From: Spirochaetia bacterium
GTDB lineage: Bacteria > Spirochaetota > Spirochaetia > WTKD01 > G963693115
Length of the DNA stretch: 64,000 nucleotides
Assembly: GCA_965226055.1 (NCBI GenBank)
Contig: CBDDCA010000006.1
Coordinates: 704,001-768,000, forward strand
Direction: 5' to 3'
In this document: positions 63,436 to 64,000 of the stretch, in pieces
Position numbering within the stretch: the stretch's first letter is position 1
How the letters are laid out: each line of letters begins with the position of its first letter
Notes under the pieces: model-generated
What the model was told of the DNA's origin: nothing
The model's database searches: none
The model's input: only the letters and a program-made list of their open reading frames with translations
Position numbers and translations under genes: made by a program

Positions 63436-63465
63436 TTGACATAGCATAAACAAACACAATATAAT
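63436..63465 (+). promoter_or_regulatory. Sigma70 promoter of rplM-rpsI
   Basis: TTGACA, 18-nt spacer, TATAAT. Confidence 0.65.
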
Positions 63466-63534
63466 ATATTCCATAGTGGAGACTTATGTTTAATGATATA
63501 GGTACACTAAATAGTAGATACAAGGTACAAGGAT

Positions 63535-63978
63535 ATGCTAGACCAAAAAACTATATTTATTCCCCCAAGCAAAGTAGTGCGTAAGTGGTATCTCATTGAT
63601 GCGAAAGATAAAGTATTGGGAAAAGTAGCAGTGGAAATTGCTCGATTAGTACGTGGAAAACACAAAGCTGAGTTTACTCCTCACCAAGAGATTGGTGATT
63701 ATGTGGTAGTTATCAATGCAGACAAGGTAAAGCTCACTGGTAACAAAGAAACACAGAAAATGTATCACCGACATAGTGGGTATCCCGGTTCTCTGAAATC
63801 AGAGAATTATAAAAGATTGAACGATAGAAAGCCTGGCTATCCCTTAGAGCTAGCAATTAAACGCATGTTGCCAAAAAATAAACTTGGCAATAAACTGTTT
63901 ACTAATGTTAAGGTATATGCAGGAGAGCCTAATCCTCTCCCTCATATAGCACAGAAACCAGAAAAATACGAGGTATAA
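63535..63978 (+). CDS. rplM: 50S ribosomal protein L13
   Basis: RKWYLIDA, GKHKAEFTPH, GDYVVVINA, HSGYPG, MLPKNKLG. Confidence 0.97.
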   Translation: MLDQKTIFIPPSKVVRKWYLIDAKDKVLGKVAVEIARLVRGKHKAEFTPHQEIGDYVVVINADKVKLTGNKETQKMYHRHSGYPGSLKSENYKRLNDRKPGYPLELAIKRMLPKNKLGNKLFTNVKVYAGEPNPLPHIAQKPEKYEV

Positions 63979-63979
63979 T

Positions 63980-64000
63980 ATGGAACAGAGTTCTTTTGGT
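63980..64000 (+). CDS. rpsI: Probable 30S ribosomal protein S9, 5' fragment
   Basis: ATG 1 nt after the rplM stop (MEQSSFG...); called from conserved rplM-rpsI synteny only. Confidence 0.55.

Overview
AT-rich bacterial chromosome segment, most likely from a spirochete (inferred from the archaeal-type long PheS/short PheT, stand-alone groEL, TraB-family protein and spirochete-like lipoproteins). Most of it is housekeeping: leuB, rlmE, an out-of-context dnaA with a divergent DNA-binding helix, pdp-deoC-cdd, pepD, aroK-ackA, sdhAB, argH, lspA, pheST, thrH, groEL, gcvTHP and rplM-rpsI. Accessory elements include a ~2,020-aa lipoprotein with ~15 Ig-like repeats and a Kelch-like propeller behind a G14 tract, an FN3-lipoprotein/ImmA islet, IS30 and IS1595 remnants, and an A30 tract spacing a candidate promoter. 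The top candidate for an undescribed system is the tandem array at 59.8-63.3 kb: five small P-loop-like genes separated by near-identical ~194-bp spacers. Their coding regions are combinatorial mosaics, variable in the predicted ligand-facing loops. Other notable observations are apparently pervasive leaderless transcription, a probable AUU start for deoC, and a convergent membrane-protein / 41-aa acidic-peptide pair. No rRNA, tRNA or CRISPR array was seen. All family calls come from motif recognition by eye; no database searches were run.
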